Source: an uncultured Candidatus Poseidoniales archaeon (GTDB lineage Archaea; Thermoplasmatota; Poseidoniia; Poseidoniales; Thalassarchaeaceae). From it: a stretch of DNA of 64,000 nucleotides. The notes below the pieces were generated by a model. That model did no database searches, had not been told where the DNA came from, and saw only the letters and a program-made list of their open reading frames with translations. Each line of letters begins with the position of its first letter. Position 1 is the stretch's first letter. Below are positions 8,808 through 19,600 of this stretch, piece by piece. The stretch covers positions 375 to 64,374 of the forward strand of contig CAZKVK010000004.1 in NCBI GenBank assembly GCA_964556195.1, written 5' to 3'. The translations under genes and the position numbers were made by a program.

Positions 8808-11486
8808 TCAGTCACTCGATTCGCTGTCTAGTGCTTGGAGTATTCTGCGATTTTCTGCACGTGATCTGAAGAACAAAATGACAACTAATAACCCGCCAAT
8901 AGCAGTCAAACCGTAGATTAAAATCTGCTCGTTTTCCTCACTCAACCAACTCAGTCCGGATGACACCTCGGCGGTGACTTCCAGGTCTAGAGGTTCGCCG
9001 GCGACGGGCATACCCTTTGGTTGGACAGTAATGGTGAATCGGTAGTTGTCATCTTGTACCATTGCTGCTGGAGGGGTCACCCTTACTGTAATTGTTCGGG
9101 AATTGCCTGGAGAGAGTTGGAACTCGTCTTCAATGACGTTGACTGTCCATCCCCTTAGAGAGTCGCTTGTTAGTATCTGGACTGTTTCAACTATATTCCC
9201 GTGATTTGTTACATGAAGAATGAACTCAACACTTGTCTTCTCATCCGTGGTTAATTCGTCCTCGCCTTCGAGTGTGAATCGTAAATCATGGATTGTTCTA
9301 ACCTCGAAAATCAAGTCCACACTGGTGCTTTCCGCGGCATTCTTTTCCGATGATGCGCTAACCTTGACAATCCCCGTAGTTCCGCTAGAAACACCCTCTA
9401 GAACTTCCAACTCAACCGTAATCAGCACCCTATCTCCTGCAGGAACTGCAATATTTCCATCTACCACTACTCCATCTATCAGAACTCGACGAAGTACAGA
9501 AGATTCCATTCCTGTCATAGAGATGACAGCACTATCACCGCCAGGGAAGTTACCCGTATTATCAATCCAAAAACTGACCTCTGTGATTCCACCTGGTGGA
9601 AGCACGATATCCATTTGGCCTGTAATTGGCCCAGGTATTTCTGGTGAGATTGCCATGCCGTAATCATAGTTAGAGACAATCACACTAACCGTGTACTCTA
9701 CCTTTTCACTAGTTCCAAAAATCGCTATACGAGAAAGGATTGAGACTGAATCAGCATCTTCCTCTCCTTCAACAGTTACATCGAGGAATACTCTCCTAGA
9801 TTCACCGGGATCAAGAATGATTTGAGTTATTGAGTTTCCAGATGAATCGGAATAGGAAGCAGCCCACATTGGTGGATTGCAACCAGTTTGATCACTGGGG
9901 TCACAAACCTGTAGTTTGAATGTATCTCGAATATTCCCTGTGTTCGAAATATCGATTGGAAATTGAACAACCTGACCTGAACGACCAGTTTGCTGGGTTG
10001 AAAGAATTTCGGCGGATAGATCGTGTCTTGCGGCTACGGAAACCGTTAGCACCCTGCTGTGCAGTATCGTCGTTGAGCCACTAACAGTTACGCCAAATTC
10101 AACGGTATTATCACCCGCAAGTGCGTTAGATGGCACATTTACTGTAGCGGTTAGAGATTCTTCATTGTTGGAATTATGTTTGCTGTTTATCGTCACGGAT
10201 GACTGAGAGAAGGAAATTTGCCAACCTTCAGGAATATCCATTGTGGTTAGAGAAAATGTATCCAATCCATTGCCTCGATTTTCGACCGTTATAGTTACAG
10301 AATCAGAGGTTCCAGGTTCCACATTAGACAGTTTAGAGGTACTTAGGGTCAATCGAGCTTCGTGGACCTGTCCTATAGTCACGGTGAGAGTTTGCTCACA
10401 GCCAATTCCTTGGTTTGAACGGCCCTGAATTTTGATTTCAATCTGTGACCCGGCTTCAACCGAATCATCAGGCGTAACTGAGAAAGTGAAAGTATGACTG
10501 TCGTCAGAATTACCCGGTTTGGCTAATAATGCAGATCTCGGGCTATCAAATTCAACCCAGCCAGAGATATCGGTGCCAGGAGATTGGGCCTGTGTTTGAA
10601 CCGTCCATTCGGTATTTCCAATATTTTCTACTTCGAAACTATTTGTCGCTGTCTGACCAGGGTCTAGGTTATGGGAAGATGTCTGTAAGGAACCATCACA
10701 CTCCTTGACTTCTGGAACACTAAGCCTGAGGCTGAGATTGTCCTCGGCTCTATCGGCGGCGTTTGGATCATTGGTTACCGTAGCAAAGAGAAGAAAGCAA
10801 TGTTCTCCTGCTTCGGTAGAACTACCGTCGGGAACTTCGACGGTGACTTCGACGGTTTCTGTATCTCCTGAATCTAACTGAACTACCGCTGGATCTACCT
10901 CAGCGGTTAGGTCATCTGATTCGCAGTCGTTATCACTGGTCATCTCGAGTTGTACATTGGCCTGTTGTTCACCAGTATTCTCAACCTCGACATCCCACAC
11001 TACCGAGTCGCTTCCATCAAATTCGACATCGGGCTCATCGGTTGATAATTTGATAGCATAAAGGCCCCCGCCGTCTCCAGCCGTGGTAGTTACAGTAACA
11101 TCTGCGTTCTTCGGTGTTCCAGTCCCACCGGTAGCTGACGCTTGGACGGTGGTTTCACACTCACCATTTGCCTGTTCATTCACACTGACTGTCAAGGTAA
11201 CATCCTCTGATTCACCACCACCTATGGTGCCAGATACCTGTTCTATGGTTGAACTGAATCCGTTACAATCGGAAGAATCCTGTTGCGTGCTTAGGCTAAC
11301 AGCCATGTCATCATCGCCATCATTGTGGACCGTGATGGTATATTCTGCTGGATTATCCGCATCTGCTTCCTGAGCCATTGGGCTCGCAGTCAACCGAGGA
11401 TCTATCTCAGCCTGAGCAAATGGAGATAGCATCGTGATTACTAACAAAACCGTCAGCAAACGGGCCGAAGAAGCACGATTCATCAC
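8808..11486 (-). CDS. Giant cell-surface protein with about 7 tandem CARDB/NEW3-like beta-sandwich modules, a signal peptide and a C-terminal TM anchor
   Basis: The signal peptide is MNRASSARLLTVLLVITMLSPFAQA (ATG at 11483; the track start at 11486 is GTG). The motif xVxNxGN recurs roughly every 100-120 aa: TVHNDGD, VENTGEQ, VENIGNT, VENRGNG, ISNTGNI, IDNTGNF, VTNHGNI. The C-terminal TM is LIYGLTAIGGLLVVILFF, followed by a short tail. Confidence 0.7.
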   Translation of the reverse strand: MMNRASSARLLTVLLVITMLSPFAQAEIDPRLTASPMAQEADADNPAEYTITVHNDGDDDMAVSLSTQQDSSDCNGFSSTIEQVSGTIGGGESEDVTLTVSVNEQANGECETTVQASATGGTGTPKNADVTVTTTAGDGGGLYAIKLSTDEPDVEFDGSDSVVWDVEVENTGEQQANVQLEMTSDNDCESDDLTAEVDPAVVQLDSGDTETVEVTVEVPDGSSTEAGEHCFLLFATVTNDPNAADRAEDNLSLRLSVPEVKECDGSLQTSSHNLDPGQTATNSFEVENIGNTEWTVQTQAQSPGTDISGWVEFDSPRSALLAKPGNSDDSHTFTFSVTPDDSVEAGSQIEIKIQGRSNQGIGCEQTLTVTIGQVHEARLTLSTSKLSNVEPGTSDSVTITVENRGNGLDTFSLTTMDIPEGWQISFSQSSVTINSKHNSNNEESLTATVNVPSNALAGDNTVEFGVTVSGSTTILHSRVLTVSVAARHDLSAEILSTQQTGRSGQVVQFPIDISNTGNIRDTFKLQVCDPSDQTGCNPPMWAASYSDSSGNSITQIILDPGESRRVFLDVTVEGEEDADSVSILSRIAIFGTSEKVEYTVSVIVSNYDYGMAISPEIPGPITGQMDIVLPPGGITEVSFWIDNTGNFPGGDSAVISMTGMESSVLRRVLIDGVVVDGNIAVPAGDRVLITVELEVLEGVSSGTTGIVKVSASSEKNAAESTSVDLIFEVRTIHDLRFTLEGEDELTTDEKTSVEFILHVTNHGNIVETVQILTSDSLRGWTVNVIEDEFQLSPGNSRTITVRVTPPAAMVQDDNYRFTITVQPKGMPVAGEPLDLEVTAEVSSGLSWLSEENEQILIYGLTAIGGLLVVILFFRSRAENRRILQALDSESSD

Positions 11487-11500
11487 TTGGCCGACAATCG

Positions 11501-11544
11501 AGCCCCTCTAAGGGCTTCGGGCTACGCGACCCCTTAGGGTCGCG
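11501..11544 (-). terminator. Twin hairpins in the spacer after the S8 protease gene
   Basis: CGCGACCC-ctta-GGGTCGCG (11525-11544, 8 bp) starts 2 nt after the stop codon. AGCCC-ctctaa-GGGCT (11501-11516, 5 bp) follows it. Both are read directly. A terminator or RNA-stabilising role is inferred. Confidence 0.35.
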
Positions 11545-11546
11545 AT

Positions 11547-14500
11547 TTATGCGTCCACTAACTCACTCCAATCTGCATTGCAGTGAAGGCATTTTCCGAG
11601 TGAGAGAATATCACAGCCACCGACTTGACCTGGGCGATGATAACGAGCCCCACAACTACCACAAGCTAGGGCCTCGCCAACGAAGATATCATCGCTACAG
11701 ACCCAGCATTCAATGCCAGAACCACTTTCTTTTTCGGTGAGATTTAGAGACTCGGTAATCTTGCTTACGGCCTCGTTGGAAATTAATGACTCCAAGTTTC
11801 CACCTTTTTGACGGAATACATAGAATCCGCCTCCTGCAAGAATCGAAATTAAGAGAATAACAAGGATAGGCAATAGGGTAGATACCATGCTTTTACTCTC
11901 ACCTCTTGCGGGTAACACATCAACCTCAAAACTGAAAGTAGAATCTTGAATGAGTTCACCATTACGCAAAAGCAACTCTATCGTTCCGTCACTACCACTA
12001 TCTGGAGTGAATTCTATCACTATTGACCTAGATTCGCTTGGGCTTAGAATTACCAACAATTCATCATTGATGAAAACGTTCCAACCTTCTGGTGCATTAA
12101 CATCAAGAATGTGATTTATTTGCGAGTTTCCAACATTCTGAATGTCTATTGTCATCTGAACTGGGTATCCTTCATGGGCAATCGATTCGGTTCGTAAATT
12201 CCAAACTACTGCCGCCACAGAATCGACAAGTAGTGAAATTGTATTTTCAACTACTACACCTTCTCCTTCCATCCTAAGAGTAACCATTGGCTCAGAGCCT
12301 GCTTCTTCTGAAAGAGGAATAGTAACCGTGCACCAGATTATACTACTTGCTCCAGCTGCCAGTGTGGATGGTGTGATAGGACAGTTTGCTTCCCAATCGC
12401 TACCATCAGGACCAATGATGATTGAAGTCGTTGGACGCCAAGTTGAGGTTCCTTCATTCTCAACCTTCCATGCCAAATCAAAACCTGTTCCAACCGGATG
12501 TGCACCAACTCCAAGTGGACTTGTAGCTGTTGTTCCGTCGGCCAGTACTACTTGGTGGAATGCAAGGCTTGGAATAGCCGCAGAAAGAACGTCTAGGGTT
12601 CTATTCCAATCGAGTGAGAAACCATCATCTGTAGCGAATCTCAGTTTGAAATCGCCAGTGGTTGCTCGTCCATTACCCTGCAGAGTAACCGACCAAGTGG
12701 TGGTTTCTCCAGCTGGAGCTTCCAATGTGTTTAGTCCACCAATAATCGTCCATCCAGACGGAATCGCTCTCTGATATGGAGTCATGGTTAGGTGACGATT
12801 ACCTGTATTGAGGAAGTCTATTTCGAGAACCAATGTTTCATCGGGGGCCACCTCATACTCAATCCCATCACTGATTGGAGTTGTAGAAAGTTGGTCGATA
12901 GCCATCACCTCTAGAGTAATTGGAACTGACCAAGAATCACTACTGACTCTAGAATGAATTGTCAATCCAGCGTCGAAAACCGATCCTGCTGGAATCATGG
13001 CACCTGGAGGATTTACGGTTATGTCGATGGCTCGACTCTGTCCCACCGAAAGAGTACCGGTCGAACCATGAGATGACCCCTCAAAGGCACCTAAAGTATC
13101 CAATCCTAGATGCCAACCAGCAGGGGAGCTTAACTCTACATCATAGGTCTGAGGACCGTTGCCCTCGTTGGTTACAAATACTTGCAATTGGGTTTGAGAA
13201 ATCGGGCTGACTGGAATTTGACCTGAGGTAATTAGTACGTCAGCTGAGGCGAGAATTGGTACATCAAAATAGACATCCAACTCAGACTCAATATCATTCT
13301 CGATATCGGTTCCGGTTATCGTCATCACATAGGTCCCGGGCTCAGGAGGGGCCGGATGGATAAGTGTGAGACCAACTTCTACTGATTCTGCCTCCTTTAG
13401 GTTGAAGGTGTTTGATGTAAGTGAGGAATACCAATCAAATTCAACTCCATCGCTCAACCTTACAGGTGAGCCTGCTTCGATTGTGGCATTTGTCTCAAAT
13501 AATGCGGTATTGGTCAGAACGATATCCCATGAGGTGGAACTGTCATCCGCTTCACCCAAAGTCATGAATGGTTCGGCTGAAGTTACTCTGACTCCTGGAG
13601 CGCTGATTATCATCGTATGAGTAAGTAGATTATTTCCTTCATTTGATTCCTCCACCAAATCATTTGGATCCAAGTGGAAGGACAAATCGACCAAACCTTC
13701 AGTTGATGGAGTCCAATCCCACTGTACGTCGACAGACTCACCAGGGCTCATCGAAATAGTTTGAGTGGAGATATGGCTGCCATCGGCCCTCGCCATCACC
13801 TCAAGATCAGCCACCGACCCCGCACCAAGGTTTTCGACAGTTACCTGAATCTGGACACTATCACCAATCTGTGGTATTGGTGGGTTAATTGTTACATCAG
13901 GAGCAAATGTTGGATCGGGTGAGAGGTCATTTACGTTGACTCCACGAACGGCCAAAGCATATGGTTGCCAAGTTCTACTTCCGCCGTGATAATCATCGGT
14001 TACCCGGACGGTCCAAGTGCCAACGCCTGCATTGTCAATTAGCACTACTTCGACATTATTTTTATCGTCAAAATTACCGCCAGCAATTGATTTCCCCCCA
14101 TTGAAAACATTACCTTTGAAGGAGGTGCCTCCGTTGGGATGAATTACCTCTAGGTTCAGGTCATTGCGTAATTGATTCGTAGTTTGGGAAGAGCCAGGAT
14201 AGTCCGACCAAGCCAATACCACTTTGAGAGGTTCTGCACCTCTTGTTATGTCAAAGGTATATTCCTTTGTTTGACCGGAAGATATGCGACTACGATCATC
14301 GACAAAAATTCCCTCGTCATTATCTGGAATAAGTGAATTAACAAGATTCACCCTACCCCAACCCTCGTCATTATTCGGAATATTTCGAGCTCCCATGTCT
14401 TCTGCGCCGAGGATTAGTAGAGCCTTTACCAGCGCTCCTTGGGGTGCAGGTCTGTTTGCAACCTCCATCAGGTATTGTCGCACTAGGGTTGCAGCACCGG

Positions 14501-16040
14501 CTGCTGCGGGTGTAGCCATCGAGGTACCACTATACTCAATGTACCAATTATTCGACCAGCCAGAAGAGGCTTCCTCGGCTTCTTGAGAAAGGCAAGAGCG
14601 AACTCCATCTCCCGGGCCTACTAGGTCTGGCTTTAGTCGTCCGTCGTCTGTAGGTCCTCGGCTACTCCAATAGTACATCTCATCCGGTGAGCCACTGTAT
14701 CTGTTCTTGTGCCCGCCAACGGTGATGACATTCTTCGCAGTACCAGGCGGAGATACACCATCGTTTCTTTCGTTTCCTGCTGCAAAGAGAACCGTCATAC
14801 CATCATAATTCCAGTATTGGTCCCAAGTTGAAGTGCGGTCGTCTGCATCCTCGGATTGAGTTGAGTAAGAACCGAAACCACTTCCTGCGCCCCAACTATT
14901 TGTGTGTAGGCGAGCCCCGGCATTGTAAGCAGAATTTAACATGCTGTTGATTCCGTAACTGTATAACGCCCCCGTGTCGTCATCTTCCATTGCTTGGAAA
15001 TATAGGTCAGCTCCCGGAGCTACCCCCTCGTATGACCCACTACTTCTCATTCCAGAACCCAGCACAGTGCAGGCAACGTGGGTTCCGTGTCCATCAGACA
15101 AATCGGCGGTAGAGGAATCGCCTGGTGTAACTGAAGTTCTACCGACGATGCGATTGTTGAAATCTCCATGATCGTGATCTATTCCGGAGTCTCCAACAGC
15201 TACTGTTTGACCGGTTCCATCTATATTTGTTATGAAAAACGATTCAACGGTATTGATTCCCATATGGCTTCTAGCATTGTCGTTCTTTAGTTCCAAAACG
15301 GGTAGAGGAGCGACATAGGCGACAGCAGGATCTTGAATCATACTCGCTAAATTAGAAAGTTCAATTTCACCCCAATATCTACCATTCTCTGGACTCCAGC
15401 CATCTGTTAGCCACTTGCTTGCAACGTCTGCAAGAGAACTGTCTAACCCAAGTCCTGGCTCCATATGTCTCTGCAAATTATCATCCTTCCAACCGAGGAT
15501 TTCAACCATAATCGAGCCTTCCTCTACCACCGTCAGCAATGGGTGAATAAGTAGGCCGGTTGGAACTGGATGGACTGCAATAACTACAGAGTTATCCGCC
15601 AGCTTAACCAATTCTTGAGGGGTTCCTTGAACCAAGAAGCCAGAGGGTGGAACAGTCGTCCGTATCTTGACCTCCTCTGAGGCTTCTACCTCTAGGCGAG
15701 CATCCCAAATTCCCACATCACCATCGACGATAACCATAGCCAAGTCCAATCGAGGCTGAGAAAGAGAATATGGAAGATGGACGGATGGAAGGAAACCGGC
15801 CTCGGTATAGACACCGATGCTAGAATCAGCAGTGTTATCCCGAATCCGCTCAAATCCCTCTGTTACCGTTGGGGGTTGAAGATCGTGGATAGAATTAGGG
15901 TCAGCGGCTATTTCTATGCGGTTTACTGACCTATCTAGGAACTCGGTTGAATCTTCTACTTGTCCGGTGTTGAAATCACCAACCGGAACCAAAGATATCA
16001 GGAATAGCCCGACTAACGCAACCGCAATTCTATGCCCCAT
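11547..16040 (-). CDS. Giant membrane-anchored subtilisin-like serine protease (peptidase S8) with CARDB-like repeats and a cytoplasmic Cys/His zinc-finger tail
   Basis: It starts with a signal peptide. The catalytic triad motifs are VAVGDSGIDHDH (Asp), HGTHVACTVLG (His) and SGTSMATPAAAGAATLV (Ser). Downstream xVxNxG modules are VENLGAG, VTNEGNG, FLNTGNR, VENEGTS, and IQNVGNS. The TM helix is LLPILVILLISILAGGGFYVF. It ends with a C-terminal CWVC-x11-CGSC-x4-H-x7-C-x7-CLHC pattern. Confidence 0.9.
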   Translation of the reverse strand: MGHRIAVALVGLFLISLVPVGDFNTGQVEDSTEFLDRSVNRIEIAADPNSIHDLQPPTVTEGFERIRDNTADSSIGVYTEAGFLPSVHLPYSLSQPRLDLAMVIVDGDVGIWDARLEVEASEEVKIRTTVPPSGFLVQGTPQELVKLADNSVVIAVHPVPTGLLIHPLLTVVEEGSIMVEILGWKDDNLQRHMEPGLGLDSSLADVASKWLTDGWSPENGRYWGEIELSNLASMIQDPAVAYVAPLPVLELKNDNARSHMGINTVESFFITNIDGTGQTVAVGDSGIDHDHGDFNNRIVGRTSVTPGDSSTADLSDGHGTHVACTVLGSGMRSSGSYEGVAPGADLYFQAMEDDDTGALYSYGINSMLNSAYNAGARLHTNSWGAGSGFGSYSTQSEDADDRTSTWDQYWNYDGMTVLFAAGNERNDGVSPPGTAKNVITVGGHKNRYSGSPDEMYYWSSRGPTDDGRLKPDLVGPGDGVRSCLSQEAEEASSGWSNNWYIEYSGTSMATPAAAGAATLVRQYLMEVANRPAPQGALVKALLILGAEDMGARNIPNNDEGWGRVNLVNSLIPDNDEGIFVDDRSRISSGQTKEYTFDITRGAEPLKVVLAWSDYPGSSQTTNQLRNDLNLEVIHPNGGTSFKGNVFNGGKSIAGGNFDDKNNVEVVLIDNAGVGTWTVRVTDDYHGGSRTWQPYALAVRGVNVNDLSPDPTFAPDVTINPPIPQIGDSVQIQVTVENLGAGSVADLEVMARADGSHISTQTISMSPGESVDVQWDWTPSTEGLVDLSFHLDPNDLVEESNEGNNLLTHTMIISAPGVRVTSAEPFMTLGEADDSSTSWDIVLTNTALFETNATIEAGSPVRLSDGVEFDWYSSLTSNTFNLKEAESVEVGLTLIHPAPPEPGTYVMTITGTDIENDIESELDVYFDVPILASADVLITSGQIPVSPISQTQLQVFVTNEGNGPQTYDVELSSPAGWHLGLDTLGAFEGSSHGSTGTLSVGQSRAIDITVNPPGAMIPAGSVFDAGLTIHSRVSSDSWSVPITLEVMAIDQLSTTPISDGIEYEVAPDETLVLEIDFLNTGNRHLTMTPYQRAIPSGWTIIGGLNTLEAPAGETTTWSVTLQGNGRATTGDFKLRFATDDGFSLDWNRTLDVLSAAIPSLAFHQVVLADGTTATSPLGVGAHPVGTGFDLAWKVENEGTSTWRPTTSIIIGPDGSDWEANCPITPSTLAAGASSIIWCTVTIPLSEEAGSEPMVTLRMEGEGVVVENTISLLVDSVAAVVWNLRTESIAHEGYPVQMTIDIQNVGNSQINHILDVNAPEGWNVFINDELLVILSPSESRSIVIEFTPDSGSDGTIELLLRNGELIQDSTFSFEVDVLPARGESKSMVSTLLPILVILLISILAGGGFYVFRQKGGNLESLISNEAVSKITESLNLTEKESGSGIECWVCSDDIFVGEALACGSCGARYHRPGQVGGCDILSLGKCLHCNADWSELVDA

Positions 16041-16099
16041 GACTCAGCCCCCAATTGAGTCGCCTTTCAGTATTAGGGTAGACTGTATATCGAATAATT

Positions 16100-16116
16100 C
16101 ACGACCGGAGGTCGTG
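16100..16116 (-). terminator. 7-bp hairpin (CACGACC-gga-GGTCGTG) abutting the stop codon of the 191-aa gene
   Basis: It is a perfect inverted repeat directly after the stop at 16117-16119. On the transcribed strand it is followed by AATTATT. A terminator role is inferred. Confidence 0.35.
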
Positions 16117-16692
16117 TTAAAGGAAGTGCATAGGTGCCTCATAAGTAAACATCTCCATAGTCCAACCACCAACATTGTAGGTCCATCTTTCACTATATTC
16201 AGTACCACGATAGGTGTAATCTAAGATTATCTCAATCGTGTAATTTTCCCATACTGATGCACCAGGGGCAATAAGTTCCAGATTATCACCAGCGATTGAA
16301 GTGTGTGCGGCTATTTCATCAGTTTGGAAACTAGACCTAGCAATCTCAATACTATCGTCATCTAGGAACCTAATATCCAATTGAACATCAGTAATTGAGC
16401 GGGATCCTTTGTTGTCCAATTCAACTAAAACAACGTGACCCCCGACTCCCTGAAGATAGACAACGTCTACGGAAGTTCTGTCGTATGGAACTATCCAAGT
16501 TCCAATAATCATGATTCCACTCAGTATCAGTAATACTGCTACAGATGCGAAAATAACTCGACTTGGTCGAACCCTCTCAACTCGCTCTCCGACAATTTGC
16601 AAAATCTCATGAGCGCGTTCAGTCGCGGCGTCAGGAGACTCTGATTCCTCGTTTTCGGAATGTATTTTTTCCATTAATCCCAGATTAATCAC
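16117..16692 (-). CDS. Small type-II membrane protein with an extracellular beta-rich domain (function unknown)
   Basis: 191 aa with an acidic N-terminus, one TM helix (VIFASVAVLLILSGIMIIGTWIV) and an outside domain of about 130 aa. The GTG start at 16692 overlaps the upstream gene by 8 nt and sits inside a perfect GGAGGTGAT motif. The alternative ATG is at 16674. Confidence 0.6.
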   Translation of the reverse strand: MINLGLMEKIHSENEESESPDAATERAHEILQIVGERVERVRPSRVIFASVAVLLILSGIMIIGTWIVPYDRTSVDVVYLQGVGGHVVLVELDNKGSRSITDVQLDIRFLDDDSIEIARSSFQTDEIAAHTSIAGDNLELIAPGASVWENYTIEIILDYTYRGTEYSERWTYNVGGWTMEMFTYEAPMHFL

Positions 16693-19600
16693 CTCCCAAG
16701 AAAGTAGCGCCTAAAGTCAAAACCGCAGATGAAAATGGTTCGGGAACAATGATGTGATGAGTTGAACCTTCAAATCCTGGAATCAAATTAAGAAGAGATA
16801 GGTCAGATGCTAGTCCATTGACTCCAATACTCGTGCCGGTAGGAACTCCTCCTGTGGTTTGAGCATCGAGGAGGACGCCTCGAAGGTCAAGGGTCGTACC
16901 AAGCGTATCAACCTCAGCGGAGGCGCGGGCTGAAGCGATTATTCTTCCACCTTGAACATCTTCCAATTCGATGATGCTGTATGGACCTACGACCTCAACA
17001 ACGCGTATTGTTGCACTTCGAAGATTTTCTCCGAGAGCCTCCACCTCCTCAATTACCACAGGGGGTGTGGTTGGCATATTCGAGGCTCTTAGGTAAATTC
17101 TCTCAACTCCATCGCCACCGCTTCTAATCGCTAGGCCATAATCTGAAGTAGGCTTAATCACCATGCGATCGGTCATACCTTCAGCTAGAAGTATGATGTC
17201 ACCGCGATTGTTTATCGCTCTACCATTGGCCTCAATATACAGTGACATTCCATCATCTGATGCCGAGAAATCTAGGACAGGAGTACCTTGGAATGCTAGG
17301 CTTTTCGTGATATCATAATTTACGTCTGCTTCTGTAGTCAGATTAATCGAGTCAGGAACATTAGTTAGGAAAACCGTGGCTGGCCACCAAGCACCCTCCA
17401 TCCATTGCATCTGTTGTAACATAATGGAGTCCACCGCTGGGCCATCCCGACGATATTTTTCTGGCACAATCATGTCAATGGAAATTGAAGTGCCAAGACT
17501 GGCTAGCAAATCTATTGATTCGGGTATGTCGTTAATCAGCATCTCTGTTCGTGCACCAGCGTCCCTGTTGATGAGTTCAGCATGAATCCAATCCAGTCTA
17601 TTTGATAGTACGAATCGAGTGGATGTAGTTACCTCATTAATTCCACCACTAGTTTCCCTAATATTGAATTGAGAGTCGATTCCCAAAGTAGTGGCCTCAC
17701 CCACGGTCAATCCTTGTAACGTCAGCATCAGGTCTTGTCCATTGACGCCCTTTGTATTTATCATGAATTCACTTCGGGCTGGGAGCCATCCATCCATACC
17801 CAAAATGATAGCCCAATCTTCACCATTCGAGTTAGGCATACGGCTAACGGTTATGTCGATTAGTGGTGGTAGATTTGGAATCCATCCTCTAATGTGGAAG
17901 CCATCAGAAATTCCACTTGGAGCGGCGTTCATTGCGATACCATGCACCCATGCTGGCTCTTCCGCAGTTCCATTACCTTGACTAGCTTCAAAGATGAGGT
18001 CAAATTCGCTATCGGCATCCAGCTGTAAACCATAAGAAAAGGAGCCATTTCCACCATCTGAACCAGTCGAAATTTCGCTTGTGACTCCGGAAAGAACCGT
18101 ATTGACTGAACGGCCTAAATCTGCGAAGCCTCCAAGGAAGAAGGCTACTCCAGAAACCCCCTGAGAGGTATTTAATTCAGGGATGACTAAACTGTTGCCG
18201 GAATCCGCTCCTGTTGGAATATCTACTGAAACATTCGATGGCAGTGGGTCGATAAGAACCAACGCGGAAAGACCCCCTTCATCTTGAGTTGGTGCATGAT
18301 CAACATTGATGCTCATCGTACGATCTCCTGCCACAGTCATGAAGGCAGTGCCTTGTCCCATCGCACCCGTTGCACCAGCTACAGCAGGGGCTTTCCACCC
18401 AACCTCTTGTAGACCCGAAATTCTAGTCGAAATTGTCGAGGTTCCATCATCTGGCTGGTGATGGAATAAGAAGTGATCTCCACCCATTGTGACTGGATTT
18501 GGAGCATCAGTAAGTTGGGCGTGGATTTCCGAAATAGGCGTTGATGCCGTCCACTTTGTTATGTCTCCAAACTCAATCGCAAAGTCGGCTGGTACGTCGA
18601 GAATATGTGCCGCCTGGCGCTGATTACCTTCGATGCCAGTATAACTGATTCTATCTATGGTTGAACTGGCAGCATATGTGGCCAAATCAGGATTTAAATC
18701 TGCAGTTACGTTGTCAGGAATGTCGGAAATCCAGAGACCTTGATGTGCAGCATCGTCGAGGTTTGAAGGTTCATGGTCGATGTATAGGAATGAGAATGGT
18801 GTTTGAGATGATGTTAGGAGGGAGAATGATTGGGACTCAGTTTCGATGTCATCTATGAGAGTAAATGCACTGAGTCCACTGAATCGTAAACTTGCCGCAA
18901 CCTGTACTAACGGCGTCTGAGGCCCACTCCTGCCCTGTACAGTCTCCAATTCTCTATCCTTGGACAAGATTAGATGGTCCCCAGTCATCGTTGGATGAGG
19001 GCTTGAGCCGATTTGGAGACCTATCTCAGAAATCGACCTAGCTTCTCTTTCTGACCCCCAGTTATCGTGCATTAATAGATGAAGAGTCTCTCCTGATAGA
19101 CCTCCGGATCCCCCAACACCTCCACTGATTACATCGACTGTTGCGGATGGAATATCGTTCAATATAGTACCAATGTCAAGGAATAAATCGACGATATTAA
19201 TCAGAACAACATCAAAAATTCGAGACAAGAAATCGAGATTTTGACCCGTATCTAGGCTGGTATCGGCTTCCTCGGTTCCACCTAGTTCAAATGAACCGAA
19301 GAAGACTATCGCAGTGGGAATTTCTTCGGCGGTAATTTGGATTCTTCTATGGTCTGTATCCGCTCCTCCTCGTTTCATCCAAGAGTGGTATTCGACTGAC
19401 TCAACAGATTGCACTGATCGAACCAGCACCAGAGTCTTTGGAGGATAGGCTGGATTGACTGGTAAACTAGAATCATCAACATTCTGAGAAGTATCCCTTG
19501 TGAAATTCTTTACTCCGATAATCAAGCCCAAACGATTAGGTTGACCTCCTGGCAATTGAGGTTCTGATTTAGATCCCAGCATGGTGAATGTGCGATCGAT

